Of a stretch of DNA of 64,000 nt, positions 1 through 13,380 are shown piece after piece. The position numbers and the translations under genes are program-made. The notes beneath the pieces were generated by a model. The model saw nothing but the letters and a program-made list of their open reading frames with translations. It had not been told where the DNA came from and did not search any database. The DNA comes from Eledone cirrhosa (lineage: Eukaryota). The DNA is taken from NCBI GenBank assembly GCA_964016885.1, contig OZ024740.1, forward strand, positions 233,120,001-233,184,000, in the 5' to 3' direction. Position 1 is the stretch's first letter; each line of letters opens with the position of its first letter.

Positions 1-859
1 GGCACAGAAATAGCAGCAGAGAAAGTAAAGGCGTCCAAAATTAAGATATTGGAGGACTTTGGGGTTAAGCTGGAATCCGACTTCAGATCAGCAATTAAAG
101 TATCCTGCAAGACCATCTGTCGACTTCGTAATAAAAATTCCTCCTCCACACTTGCTAACAAGAAGGCTTCCGGTGTTCTCTATTCTTCAGAGAGGCGCAT
201 CCTCACGAGGTGGAGAGAATAAATGTTTATTTTCAAACGTTTTGATCTCCCCTTATATATGCATCATTTTGTTTCCTATTATTTTTTGTTCAGATGAAGA
301 AAGTCTAAAGTCTGAAATTAAGAAGACTCTCTTATCTCTAATTTTAAATAATGACAAATACATTATGATCGTACTGTATTCTTTCTCTGTTGTTATTACT
401 TTTACTTTTTTTTATTTGCATGTTAGCCACATTGAGGACGATTGTGTCTCGAAGTTCACCCTCCTAGTACCAGTATAGTGTGAGCGTTAATTTTATTTGA
501 GTCGATAATTCCCTTTTGTTATGTGTTTTTTTTTATTATTATTTTAAGTTCGGTTGATTTAGTTATTGGGTATGTATTTGTAAGGATATATAGATATAGA
601 TATTAACCAAACCCTATTTATGATGTTTCATCGAAATCATCCTAACAGGATATACACATCTAAAGCAACCTCTAGACTTATGTTTTCCGTAAAGTCACCA
701 ATTCGTAGAAGTTCCATAATCAACATCATAGAAGTTCCATCATCAACTGCTACAACGGTTTCTGTGACTAGATATAAAAGATGTTTACTTTAGTTGTTTC
801 ACCGTTCTATCATCCAGCGTAATATTCGACATGATCTCTATTTCATAGACATCAAGGTG

Positions 860-1550
860 AAAGAAGCCGCTTGTTGTATAATACAGAGAAGCTTTTGATA
901 TGTTGAATTACACAAGCCCTTCAAGTGCTTCCGAATATCTAGAGATTCACTCATTTTCACAGCTTAGTCAGAGGACAGAGGAATGTTGGGCCAAAGGGTG
1001 GAAACAACCGTGATTTGTGGCTTATCGTTAGGGGAAAAACCTGAATCGAATGTTTACAACAGCGTGGGCTCTGCTAGAGAACTTCACAGGTTAGGAGGTG
1101 ATATTAGAATAAGTTATGGCTTCTGTCTACTAGCACAATTTAAAGGTCGAAGAAATATTTGTTCTTGAATGCCAGGACTCGTGAGGATGTTAAAATAAAT
1201 GTCTGGATCGATATCTTTAGGAAACTACAATTATATATGTGTTAGAATTTGAAATGCGAATCTAAAGTTCAGCAAGGAATGTTAGATTGGTAGAGGGAAT
1301 GGTGTATAGCAGTGTTCTATACAGTAGCTGTTGTGAAAATGATATGTCAGGTGGTTTGGTAAATGATTTGGTGCGGAAGAAAGTAATGTTTTGAATAATA
1401 CTACCATGAGCTGATGAAGTTCAAGGGAGCAGAAAAAGCTGGAGAAAGAGTAGGAAAAGTAAAAGGAAAACACAAACTGACATCGAGTGAGGGTCTGCGG
1501 GTTATCTGAAAAGGAAATGTCGCAGGAGAAAACAACTACAAGCATCAAGT
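860..1550 (-). pseudogene. Highly decayed CR1/L2/Jockey-group LINE reverse-transcriptase fragment
   Basis: Minus strand gives ttc aac ata tca aaa gct (FNISKA, like LDISKAFD), preceded by a GF-like motif; many stops and frameshifts. Boundaries approximate. Confidence 0.35.
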
Positions 1551-2040
1551 TTCACGAATGTCTATAAAAATAGTAAATTATAAGATATGACGTGACTTGT
1601 CATATGAGATTGTGGTCAAAGTATAAAACGGTTGGCAATTGAAATTTAAAATATTCCTTATTGTCTGAGAATAACAGTAACACATTGGAAATGGTTTAGT
1701 ACATGTGACCCGTTAGTTGTGGCAACATGTTACTGAAATGTAGAAGGCGTGACGACCTAAAAAAAACATCACATAATGTCAAGAAAGACACATTAATAAT
1801 ATACGACGGACCATCACCATCTCCTTTCACTAGTCCCCCACCTCCCCAACACACGTATTTTAAGAATTGATAAAATAACAACATTTAGTGGAAGAAATAG
1901 AGGAATGATAAAACAAACAGCAACAAAAAGAAGAATACTAGAAAGAAAGGTCAACTCTGGAGAGTGAACTTGATTCCTCCTACTCCTCCTCATCCACTTC
2001 CTCATTCACCTCCTCATCCTCCTCATCCAACTCCTCCCCC

Positions 2041-2077
<37 letters not shown>

Positions 2078-2120
2078 TCACACCTTCCTTCTCTTCTCTT
2101 TCGTCCTCCTCCTTCTTCGT

Positions 2121-3126
2121 CAGTATCGGTAGAGAATAGGACAATATGCTTTACATCATAGAGTTACGGTCCTTTACGTTCTGAGTTCAAATCCCGCCGA
2201 GGGTAGCGTTGCCTTTCATCCTTACGGGGTCGATAAAATAAAGTACCAGTCACGTACTGAGGTCGATTTAATTGACTTTACACCTCCAATTGCTGGCCTT
2301 GTGCCTATATCAGAAAGCATTATTATTTTTTTCCGTTGGAAAAGGGCGGTGGATTGGCAGTATCAGTAGAGGGTCGGACGCCATGCTTTGTAGCACAGTT
2401 ACGTCCCTTTACGGACTAAGTTCAAATCCTGCCGAGGTTAACTTTGCCTTTCATCTTTACGGAGTCGATAACATAAAGTACCAGTAATACACTGGAATAA
2501 TTGCTGGCCTTGTGCCAAAAAGTGGAAACAATTGTTATTTTTTTCCGTTGTTATTTTCGTTATGGTGTATTTTTACTCAATTTATGGTAAACGCCCGCTA
2601 TCACTGTCTTCGTATTGTCCCCTATATGTAGACCCTTGTGGCCAATAAATAAAACCATGGCAATATCGTTAGAGTGTCGGACACCATGCTTTGCAGCATA
2701 GAGTTACACCCCTTTACGATCTGATTTCAAATCCCACCGAGGTTAGCTTTGCCTTTCATCCTTACGGGGTCGATCAAATAAAGTACCAGTTACGCACTGG
2801 GGTCGGTTTAATTACCCCCCCCCCCCCCCAAAAAAAAAAGAAAAAGAAAAGTTGCTGGCCTTGTGCCTATATAAAAAACCATTATTATTATTCGTGGCAG
2901 TATCGGAGGGCGGTTGATTGGCAGCATCGGTAGAGGGTCGGATCCCATGTTTTGCAGCATAGAGTTACGGCTCTTTATGATCTGAGTTCAAATCCCGCCG
3001 AGGTCAACTTTACCTTTCATCCTTACGGGGTCGATAAAATTAAGTACCAGTAACGCACTGGGGTTCGATTTAATCGACTTTCCCCTCCCCAAAATTGATG
3101 GCCTTGTGCCTATATAAGAAACCATT
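2121..3126 (+). mobile_element. Cluster of four tRNA-derived SINE copies (family S1): ~2121-2323, 2344-2533, 2658-2883, 2907-3126
   Basis: A-box-like tggcagtatcgg, B-box gagttcaaatcc, core gcctttcatccttacggggtcgataaaataaagtaccag, 3' end gctggccttgtgcc...gaaac(a/c)att(att)n; target-site duplications ttatt(t)nccgttg and attattattcgtg. Confidence 0.9.
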
Positions 3127-3339
3127 ATTATTCGTGAAGGTTTGCACAATTAATACAATTGATGGATATTCTACTGCCTGTCATGTCTCAATAAGGACCT
3201 TAGATGGACAACTTCTCCGAGTGTATGTACAGTTCGGCAATTCCACGCATTCACATGGATGTATGCGGCTCCAATCAGTTCACTTTTGTCTCCCTAACGT
3301 CATTACTTCTCTCGGGAAATCATAAAGTTGAATACTGTG

Positions 3340-3353
<14 letters not shown>

Positions 3354-3424
<71 letters not shown>
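3354..3424. repeat. (TG)n microsatellite flanked by (TA)n
   Basis: Direct reading. Confidence 0.97.
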
Positions 3425-3427
<3 letters not shown>

Positions 3428-3557
3428 GTGAGTGTTATATATATATATATATATAATGATTGTCCTCGCAAACGTTTTGAATGTATCAACTTTACAGTGC
3501 CTCTTGTGGCAAAAAAAGGAAGATAAAAATAATAATAATGATTTATTATTATAAGTT

Positions 3558-3733
3558 CAGCAATTTGGGGAAAGGGAAAAGTCAATTAAATCGACCCCAG
3601 TGCATTACTGGTGCTTTATTTTATCGACCCCGTAAGGATGAAAGCAACGTTAACCTCAGATCATAAAGGGCCGTAACTCTATGCTGCAAAGCATGCCGCC
3701 CGACCCTTTACCGATGCTGCCAATCCACCGCTC
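3558..3733 (-). mobile_element. SINE S1 copy with internal deletion
   Basis: Reverse complement of the S1 core and head; the B-box region is deleted. Confidence 0.8.
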
Positions 3734-4499
3734 TATAATAATAATATTAATAATAATAATGATAACAACAAGACCTTTTACTCATCAAATGAATTATTAA
3801 CTACACATAAATTAAATGATTTATGATAAAGTTTGAGAGGAAAGTGAAATGTCAAAGAGGGCTGCTGCCCCTTTCATTAATCGGAAACTTTGGTGGGTGT
3901 TTTGTTACGCGAATTGGAAGAGAGGTCATTAACTAGGTCTAAGATTCCCAGGAATGTCTGTCCAAAATAGGTTTTTATCGCATTGCATTTCGAGATAAAG
4001 TCATTTCTATTGAAACAAAAGCAGCTGTATTCTGTCCTGTGTAATTTACCAGGCTGAGTGGGCCGTTTCAATTATATGTCTAAAGACCCAATGAATTATT
4101 CGGTTTTAAAAATAGTCTTCTCGTTTAAAGGCTTGCATGGGGTGAGTCATTCATTTCTTAACTAAGGCTTCTTTTAAAAATATAATTTACCCTGATAAGG
4201 AAGTGCGAAACCAATAGCCATTTTTGGTCTTCCTTAAAAGGGCGAGGAATAATGACAATTTGATAAGGTAAAATTGATGAATAATTAGTTTGAAATATTG
4301 ACGACCAGTTTTTCAGAATATGTGTTGTTGAAAACAAAAAAAAATGTAAAATCTTAATAAGGTAACTTAAACATACACTAAATGTGATGCGAAGAAGAGA
4401 GTGGTTGAGTTGGAAGTGCTATTTAACACAAAATTATCAAAAAACAAATGGTGGTACACGGAATAGTACAAACGCACAGATACACAGATGCAGATACAG

Positions 4500-4540
4500 A
4501 CATACACACACATGCACACACACCCACACATACACACACA

Positions 4541-4630
<90 letters not shown>

Positions 4631-4650
4631 TATATATATATATATATATA
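4500..4650. repeat. (CA)n followed by (TA)n microsatellite
   Basis: Direct reading. Confidence 0.97.
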
Positions 4651-4654
4651 ATTA

Positions 4655-4847
4655 AAAGGGATATTTAATTTGTTGGGAATTCAACAAATATATATGTTTA
4701 TAACTGATTCAAAGCCCTCGACAGTTTTCTGGAGTATAATATCAATGATATTAATAGATGGAAACTATATTTATAAAACCATATTTATTCTATTATATAT
4801 ATTTCAAGGGCACCAAAACTTTGGTACCCACTCATCAGATAAAATAC
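4655..4847 (-). mobile_element. Non-coding hammerhead-bearing repeat (family H1), paralog of 53058-53265
   Basis: About 190 bp aligns by eye to 53058-53265; abuts a (TA)n tract. Confidence 0.75.
4786..4846 (-). ncRNA. Minimal type-I hammerhead ribozyme motif
   Basis: Minus strand: tattttat-CTGATGA-gt-gggtacca aagttt tggtgccc-tt-GAAA-tatata-TA-atagaata. Stem I is 8 bp (one G:U), stem II 8 bp, stem III palindromic. Confidence 0.75.
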
Positions 4848-5252
4848 AAAGTTTGTTTTATAAATATTGACATATCCAGGAAGGAGATCTTAACGGTTAT
4901 ATATATATATCAAGATAGAAAAAGAAAAACATAGGGAATTCAGAAAAACTTATTAGTTTCACACTTATTGGATAAAGAAAATGAATAGTTCAACGTATCG
5001 GACGTTAGTTCTTCATTAGGAAAGATACTTTTAACAGGTCGAGAAAAGTACGTATATATTACCGATATTAGTGATAAATATTAACTAGTTAAGAGAAGCG
5101 CTAACTTGATGGGACATTTATACAGATTTCGTTCTAGATAACCATGTTACAGACAACCCCACATTGAAACGTTCTAAAAAATATCAAAATACTTAAAATG
5201 AAGCAAGCTACGAAAAGTAGCCTGAGTGGATCTGGAGAAAATAAAATGCATA

Positions 5253-6545
5253 CTGTTTCATACACTGAATATGTGAAATATGACAGATCCTGTTTCATAC
5301 ACTGAATATGTGAAATATGACAGAGCCTGTTTCATACACTGAATATGTGAAATATGACAGAGCCTGTTTCATACACTTCATAATATGTCAAATATGACAG
5401 AGCCTGTTTCATACACTGAATATGTCAAATATGACAGAGCCTGTTTCATACACTGAATATGTCAAATATGACAGAGCCTGTTTCATACACTGAATATGTG
5501 AAATATGACAGAGCCTGTTTCATACACTGAATATGTCAAATATGACAGAGCCTGTTTCATACACTGAATATGTGAAATATGACAGAGCCTGTTTCATACA
5601 CTGAATATGTGAAATATGACAGAGCCTGTTTCATACACTGAATATGTGAAATATGACAGAGCCTGTTTCATACACTTCATAATATGTCAAATATGACAGA
5701 GCCTGTTTCATACACTGAATATGTGAAATATGACAGAGCCTGTTTCATACACTGAATATGTCAAATATGACAGAGCCTGTTTCATACACTGAATATGTCA
5801 AATATGACAGAGCCTGTTTCATACACTGAATATGTCAAATATGACAGAGCCTGTTTCATACACTGAATATGTCAAATATGACAGAGCCTGTTTCATACAC
5901 TGAATATGTGAAATATGACAGAGCCTGTTTCATACACTGAATATGTGAAATATGACAGAGCCTGTTTCATACACTGAATATGTGAAATATGACAGAGCCT
6001 GTTTCATACACTGAATATGTCAAATATGACAGAGCCTGTTTCATACACTGAATATGTCAAATATGACAGAGCCCGTTTCATACACTGAATATGTCAAATA
6101 TGACAGAGCCTGTTTCATACACTGAATATGTCAAATATGACAGAGCCTGTTTCATACACTGAATATGTCAAATATGACAGAGCCTGTTTCATACACTGAA
6201 CATGTCAAATATGACAGAGCCTGTTTCATACACTGAATATGTCAAATATGACAGAGCCTGTTTCATACACTGAATATGTCAAATATGACAGAGCCCGTTT
6301 CATACACTGAATATGTCAAATATGACAGAGCCTGTTTCATACACTGAATATGTCAAATATGACAGAGCTTGTTTCATACACTGAATATGTCAAATATGAC
6401 AGAGCCTGCTTCATACACTGAATATGTCAAATATGACAGAGCCTGTTTCATACACTGAATATGTCAAATATGACAGAGCCTGTTTCATATACTGCATATG
6501 TCAAATATGACAGAGCCTGTTTCATACACTGCATAATATGCCAAG
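5253..6545. repeat. 37-bp minisatellite, ~35 copies (ctgtttcatacactgaatatgt[g/c]aaatatgacagagc)
   Basis: Units start at 5253, 5290, 5327 and so on; contiguous, with no unique spacers. Confidence 0.97.
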
Positions 6546-7186
6546 ATCATGACATACCCACACTAAAATGCTACAAATATACTCTAAATGATCTGAGAAA
6601 ATAACAAAGTAACCACACACAGGAAATATGAAAAGTAAATTTGATCTCGGCGGGATGTAAACATAGTACTTATCTGGAATTAAATACTGCAAGTTATTTT
6701 GTTCAACCTTCTAACCGCTACTACTATAATTTCTTACAAAGACACAAAACTTGGAATTTTTAAGGTAGGGAGCAGCAACCGATTACATTTCGTCCAGGAC
6801 TTAATGGAAGAATAAAATACAATGTTCTACGGTGCTAATAAGATACAAAAAAATACTTCTATAACGCTCCTAAATGTTTAGTTTGTATTGTTACCACTGC
6901 AAATATGCCTCATATGAGATGTACATATGACATGTAAGTTTGGGCAGAGCACTTTTATTCCTGCATATCTGCTCTCAGAAAGATTTGAACTCAGGATTGC
7001 AGGCATATATAATAATTCATAGCGTCAATTTAATATTACTTTTATTATAAACAACAACCTTATGAATGTTTGTCTCGTATGATATGCCCTCGATCTCCCA
7101 CACTGAGTGTGTAAATTATTAATTTCTAACAGAAGTACAATACTATAAATCTTGGGTGAGGGTATAGCCGATTATGTAGGTAACAA

Positions 7187-7665
7187 TAATTGTTTTTATT
7201 TTTGGCACAAGGCCAACAATTATACCAGTGTATTACTGGTACTTTATTTTATCGACCCTGTAAGGATGAAAGGCAAATTTAACCTCGGCGGGATTTGAAC
7301 TCAGAATGGCAAGGGCCGTAACTCTATACGTCAAAGCATGGCGTCCGACCCTCTACCGATACTGCCAATTCAATAATTGTTTCTACGTTAGGCACAAGGC
7401 CAGCAATGACCCAGTGTATTAATGGTACTTTATTTTATCGACGCCGTAAGGATGAAAGGCAATGGTGTTCATCTTATCGCCCACAGGAGCAGGAAAATGA
7501 AAACCGTTCTTAGCGGCATCAGAACTCAGAAAGTAAAAAAGATGTATCTATATAATTGTTTCTACTTTTGGCACAAGGCTAGCAATTACCCAGTACATTA
7601 CTGGTACTTTATTTTATCGACCCCGTAAGGATGAAAGGCAAAGTTAACCTCGCCGGGATTTGAAC
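7187..7665 (-). mobile_element. Three SINE S1 copies (7187-7371 near full length; 7374-7461 and 7553-7665 5'-truncated)
   Basis: Repeated reverse-complement S1 3' ends (taattgtttctac...ggcacaaggccagc). Confidence 0.85.
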
Positions 7666-8119
7666 TATCTATATAAAGTAAGCTGGATGGTATATCAACA
7701 TTCAGACAGTTTTTCCCCGGGCGGAATAATACATATAAACATTGAAAGAAAACTAAAAGGACATGCCATAGTATTTGTTTTCTCAGACATTAATGACAGA
7801 TTGATAATCATTTCACAATATGCGGGTGTTTTATGTTCAGTGGGTTTTTAGACATTTTAAATCAGAGAAAGAAAGCCAGATGTGCTGCTAATTGTTGTTA
7901 GGGTGTCAGTGTGTTTGTTAGGTATGATAGTGGCTACGTAAACTCTACGTGTCGGTCAAGGCACAGCATGACATTTCCAGGTGTGAGTAAAATCACTTAT
8001 CAGTTTCGCTTACCAGGTCAAAATAGAAATGACTTGACATTGTTTTTGGAAGGTATTTGAATACGCAGTTATCTTACTGACAGAGCGGCAGAAGAAAGTG
8101 GGAGAGAGAGCAATATACT

Positions 8120-8126
8120 ACACACA

Positions 8127-8196
<70 letters not shown>

Positions 8197-8206
8197 TATA
8201 TATACG

Positions 8207-8267
<61 letters not shown>

Positions 8268-8297
8268 AGAGAGAGAGAGAGAGAGAGAGGGGAGAGA
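8120..8297. repeat. (CA)n-(TA)-(TG)n-(GA)n compound microsatellite
   Basis: Direct reading; the CA and TG tracts are mutually complementary. Confidence 0.95.
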
Positions 8298-8644
8298 GAA
8301 AGACATAAATTCTAACAATGACCACTGTTACATCTATAATAACAAATAAGGTCGATGATAACAGTAGCAAATGGCAGCAAGACAGGGAATAAGGAGGCTA
8401 ACAAGGACTAACTATAACCCCTTCAGTTGAAGTGGCTGGACTAATATACAGACAATAAAGTATGGGCAGATATGAGGTGTGTGGTTATTTTAAAGAAACA
8501 ATGGACATTGTGACAGGTAAAACAAAACCCCATTCAACAAATATACTTATTGTTTGATGGAAGGTCATAACTCCTCTCTAATCACTACCATTGCCACTGT
8601 AAATATCCCCACCACCACCGGGCTAACTTACCACACCGTCGATA

Positions 8645-8860
8645 CCGAGCCAACGAAGGGACCTGTGTATGGTCACCGAATCTGCCAAAAAAGGTAACCA
8701 AATTTCCTTAAATCATAAAATATCGTTTTAAAAATCGGATACATTGGACAATGTTTTCCAAGATAGATTACCTATTTTTTTAAGAGACAGAATGGAAGCG
8801 GATAGAAATATTTTGATTATATATCTCATCGCTCAGCGTCGATCTGAAACTAAACAAAAT
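8645..8860 (+). mobile_element. Old dispersed repeat family (SINE-like S2); related copies ~9415-9610 (-), ~44790-44980 (+), ~57530-57605 (-)
   Basis: Shared motifs ct(c)tacatggt...ctgcta.aaatagc..ccaa and terminal ctaaacaac across diverged copies. Confidence 0.5.
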
Positions 8861-8874
8861 TGTTTATACATAAG

Positions 8875-9050
8875 GCGGTGAATTATCAAAATTAATAGAG
8901 CGTCAGACGAAATGCCTTGCAGTATTTATTCTGACTTCTTGCGTTCTGAGCTTGTATCCCGCCGAGGCCAACTTGCTTTTCATCGCCCCAGCGATCGATA
9001 AAGAATTAGCAGTCAAGGGCGGTAGACTATGGAATTTGCTCCAGCATTTT
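8875..9050 (+). mobile_element. Diverged SINE S1-related copy
   Basis: ggcggtgaattatca...gttctgagcttgtatcccgccgaggccaacttgcttttcatc...gatcgataaa. Confidence 0.6.
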
Positions 9051-10394
9051 TTCATTCTGAGTTGAAATCGCACCGTAGCCAATCTAGGTGATAGACTATA
9101 ACTGTCGCTCTGTTTAACACTATAATCTGGTACGTGAGTGACTTTAGCTGATTTCACTCTGTGGCAAGCATTCGGCCTGGTTTTCTGATTGGATAATAGC
9201 TTCTTCTTTCCATTTTAGCGGTTTTGGAGGCCCTGAAAAGTGTTATGGCCACTGTTCTTTATTTTGGCTAATTGATGAAATGAGCATAAAGATTTATTTA
9301 AATCTTCATATCGAATGTCGATATAATTTCCCAACCTGACCATAAGTCATGATGACTAAAACGAGCTAAAGAGTTAAAGAACTGCAGCATATCTATACCA
9401 TTGTTGTGATGGTGATGTTTAGCTCCAGATCAGCCTAATTTGAGCAGTCTTAATCAAAGACATAACCATCCTGTCTTGTTTTATACCGAGAACAATACTA
9501 CTAAATGTATCATACCCTTTTTTAATGTTGAAGGATATTGATACAGGTAAATGCGCTAATTATAGCATGTAGGGCAACCATGTAGAGGTTATTTATATGT
9601 TTAAAACAGAGCAGGTTGAACTATTACTACTGGTCGAAATTTCACCCATATCCAAATTAAAAGCTATTCATATGACCCATAAAAAACGAAGCAGTTTATG
9701 GTTTCTGATCGAAATAAAAATTTGATATAATTTCCATAACTATAAATTGTAAAAGATTCATTATTTCGCAGGTATTCATGCACTTGCAACTAGCACTAAA
9801 ACAGAAGATACTGACCTCAGTACATCCATTATCTTTGATATGAAATTTCTATGTGGAGTACTCTGATAGCCCTCCTCATTTCACTTCACACAATCTCCTC
9901 CTCTTATTAACGTCTTGTCTTTAAACAGGCACTCTTCATATATGTCCGAAATGATAAAAGAATAAAATGATAAGATTACAAGCAATCGAATATTACACTC
10001 TTAGATTAGCTATTTAAGAATCTGAATCGTTTGATTCTGTATTTAAATTGCATTGAAATCATTACATCAAATTGGAACTATAGTATCGGGCGTGGCTAGA
10101 TGGAGAGAATACGAAAAAAGAGTAGTTCAGAGAGAAGCAGAGTGCATCCTGGTAGCAACAGGAGAATACGGGGCCAGTAGGTGTAGTGGGTTGGCACATG
10201 AGTCCTTGCTAATCAGCTGGATCGTTTCAATGTGTGAGTATCGCAACAGTATCAGAAGCAGCAACTAAATAAGTAAGTGGTACACCAATATAGGTCGTAC
10301 CTCAATTGCTGTTTCAACTGATATCGTGACCGAGCAATGCATCTTTCAAAATTGACAGCTATATAGCATTCTGATGCAGTTCGGTATACATGAG

Positions 10395-10727
10395 GTTAGC
10401 CGATCTCGCTTGGGGATTTAGCAGGATATGTTGGAGACGGTTGCTTCTGACAGGAGTCACTGGAATCAGTGCTTGAGGACTATGCTCCCGCGACCCTCTC
10501 TGGAATTATCTAGAAGAAGAAGAAGAAGAAGAAGAAGAAGAAGAAGAAGAAGAAGAAGAAGAAGAAGAAGAAGAAGAAGAAGAAGGAGTAGGAGGAGGAG
10601 GAGGAGGAGGAGGAGGAGGAGGAGGATGAGGAGGAGGAGGAGGAGGAGGAGAAGAAGAAGAAGAAGAAGAAGAAGAAGAAGAAGAAGAAGAAGAAGAAGA
10701 AGAAGAAGAAGAAGAAGAAGAAGAAGA
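10395..10727 (+). mobile_element. 3' stub of RTE (Expander/Rex3-like) LINE with expanded (GAA)n/(GGA)n tail
   Basis: 10395-10505 aligns to 55450-55557 (gatctcgctt...cttctgacagg...cactggaa...tgaggact), immediately followed by (GAA)n. Confidence 0.7.
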
Positions 10728-11165
10728 AAGGAGTGATAGATAAAGTAGGCTAGTTGGAAGAATAAAATAATATGGTATATCTGTGAGAAGTACAAGATTG
10801 ATGACCATCAAAGAACTGCAATATGATTAGACACAACCAAGGTTTAACAAAATATTAACATCTAGGACAATCTATTCCTGCAGCATAGAAGAAAGTTCTT
10901 ATTGGCCAGCAAATTAGAAACGATGTTTTACTATCATGCCATATCGCAAAAAAGCTCCTGAGTAATCAATCACGCTTTGTTATAGAAAGGCAGTATCAAT
11001 TACGTATTGAGTTCACACTAAATGTTATAGCATTGGTCAATACAAACAACATTAATGAAAGAATGTGATGCACTTCACGTGTCTGCTGTGTATAAAATCT
11101 AAAATATAGTCGACGAGAAATTTAGAATAGTGAATGATTGAAGTAAATATTCGATACGGGGATGA

Positions 11166-11282
<117 letters not shown>

Positions 11283-11621
11283 GTTATATAATAAACAACA
11301 TAAGATAATTATTTCATTTACCAGTGGTTTCTTGAAGACAGATATGTATATCTGTCTTCAGTAGTCAACATGGAATGTTTATTAAATATTGATTTGAAAA
11401 CAAAATTTAGGAAATATGAAAGTGAGGCTGAAATCAAATAACGAGCAAAAAATTGAGGGGAAAAAATATAAATAAATATCCAGAGCATAAACATACACAC
11501 ACTCAAACACGCACTTATACGTAATAGTACGTAACCGTATACATTCTCACATAATGTATGTGCGTCTACATGGAAATACGAACACACATATAAACGTGAG
11601 CATTTCCTACGGAAATACTTC

Positions 11622-11664
<43 letters not shown>

Positions 11665-11869
11665 TATGTATACGTACATACATATTTGTATACAGACGTA
11701 CAGTAGTATGTATATATATATATATACATACATGCACACATATATATATGTACGTATGGATTCACCAAACATTTATTATAATGCTCGGTGTGTTTGTAAA
11801 CAAACATCCCTTATTAAGCCGTAGTGTCTAGCAACCACCGTTGATCGTTTGTTCAACACTGACAAAGGA

Positions 11870-11912
11870 ACGCTGTACTAGTTTCAAGCTTGTTAGCTAT
11901 CGTCAGCAACGT
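11870..11912 (-). ncRNA. Minimal type-I hammerhead ribozyme motif
   Basis: Minus strand: acgttg-CTGACGA-t-agct aaca agct-t-GAAA-ctag-TA-cagcgt. Stem I 6 bp, stem II 4 bp, palindromic stem III, GUA cleavage triplet. Confidence 0.85.
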
Positions 11913-12373
11913 ATACCTTCCTGCCAGATAGTTGAACGACCGAAAGTATATACTTTCCTTATGCATATTAACGGCTGAGTAGCCCAATTTGCATATCGAG
12001 TGGGTTAATCGGCCGGGTGCACCGAAAGCGATAAACGGAAAAAATGAAACGAAATTTCATTTCCTATTATTAGTACGGCTGTTACTTAAATATAAGGATG
12101 TATACGTACATACATATTTGTATACAGACGTACAGTAGCATGTATATATACATACATGCACACATATATATATGTACGTATGGATTCACCAAACATTTAT
12201 TATAATGCTCGGTGTGTTTGTAAACAAACATCCCGTATTAAGCCGTAGTGTCTAGCAACAACCGCTGCACGTTTGTTCAACACCGACAAAGGAACGCTGT
12301 ACTAGTTTCAAGCTTTAATATGCATAGGGAAAGTATATACTTTCGGACGTTCAACTATCTGGCAGGAAGGTAT

Positions 12374-12416
12374 ACGTTGCTGACGATAGCTAACAAGCTT
12401 GAAACAAGTACAGCGT
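12374..12416 (+). ncRNA. Minimal type-I hammerhead ribozyme motif (inverted-arm copy)
   Basis: acgttg-CTGACGA-t-agct aaca agct-t-GAAA-caag-TA-cagcgt. Confidence 0.8.
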
Positions 12417-12823
12417 TCCTTTGTCAGTGTTGAACAAACGAGCAACGTGGTTGCTAGACACTACGGCTTAATACGGGATGTATGTTTACAAACACACTGA
12501 GCATTATAATAAATGTTTGGTGAATCCATACGTACATATATATATGTGTGCATGTATGTATATATATATACATACTACTGTACGTCTGTATACAAATATG
12601 TATGTACGTATACATACTTATATTTAAGTAACAGCCGTACTAAGAGTGGGAAATGAAATTTCGTTTCATTTTTTCCGTTTATATATATATATATATATAC
12701 ATATATATATACATATATATATACATATATATATATATACATATATATACGTATATATATATATATACTGTATATATATGAAATATAAGAAATAGTTTAT
12801 TATTTTACATGGCTAAATACAAG

Positions 12824-13380
12824 AAATGTAATCTGAGTTTTTCGAATATTAATAATTGTTTCTACTTTTTGGCTCAAGGCCAGCAATTATCCCAGTGTAA
12901 TACTGGTGCTTCAATTTATCGATTCCGTAAGGATGAAAGGCAAAGTTAATCTCGGCGGGATTTGAACTCAGACAGTAAATAGTCGTAACTCTATGCTGCA
13001 AAGCATGGTGTCCGACGCTCTACCGACACAGCCAAACCGATCAATAATAATATTCGATACGTTTGCAATTATGCAAACAGCCTCTTTAAAGCCATCGTGT
13101 CAGTAGAATGACCCCATCATTCTTGCTCTCATGTTTACATACCAACACAAAGAAAAATTGAGGGGGGGGGGTCATTCTACTGACATGGCTTTAAAGAGTA
13201 TGTTTGCATAATTGGAAACGAATCAAATGTTATTATTAATATTCGAAATCCCGCCGAGGTTGATTTGCCTTCCATCCTTACGGGGTCGATAAAATGAAGT
13301 ACCAGTAATGCACTGGGTTATTGCTGGCCTTGTGCCTAATGTAGAAACAATTATTAATATTCGAAAAACTTAGATCACAT

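Larger units (their letters stand above)
11660..12680. mobile_element. Retrozyme-like element (family H2): ~424-bp unit in partial tandem plus an inverted arm, flanked by (TA)n on both sides
   Basis: acgctgtactagtttcaagct at 11870 and 12294 (period 424); from ~12315 the sequence is the reverse complement of the unit; no ORF. Confidence 0.8.

Noticed and set aside
59-478. 139-aa ORF as a host gene
   Set aside because: Non-ATG start, no recognisable motif, and a low-complexity T-rich end.
2344-2430. tRNA gene
   Set aside because: The A and B boxes belong to a SINE head; there is no full cloverleaf and the sequence continues into the SINE body.
3790-4380. Decayed Penelope RT fragment on the minus strand (LPYQGKL, PTQPGKL)
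   Set aside because: Only two short motifs, in an inconsistent order; not enough for a call.
5253-6545. CRISPR array (37-bp repeats)
   Set aside because: The repeats are contiguous with no unique spacers, there are no cas genes, and the context is eukaryotic.
7922-7982. Possible small exon (also ~9772 and ~25428-25545)
   Set aside because: Weak or incomplete splice signals and no recognisable peptide.
10428-10811. Poly-Arg/Leu/Ser ORFs, and all HTHT/CVCV/YIYI ORFs in the track
   Set aside because: These are translations of microsatellites.
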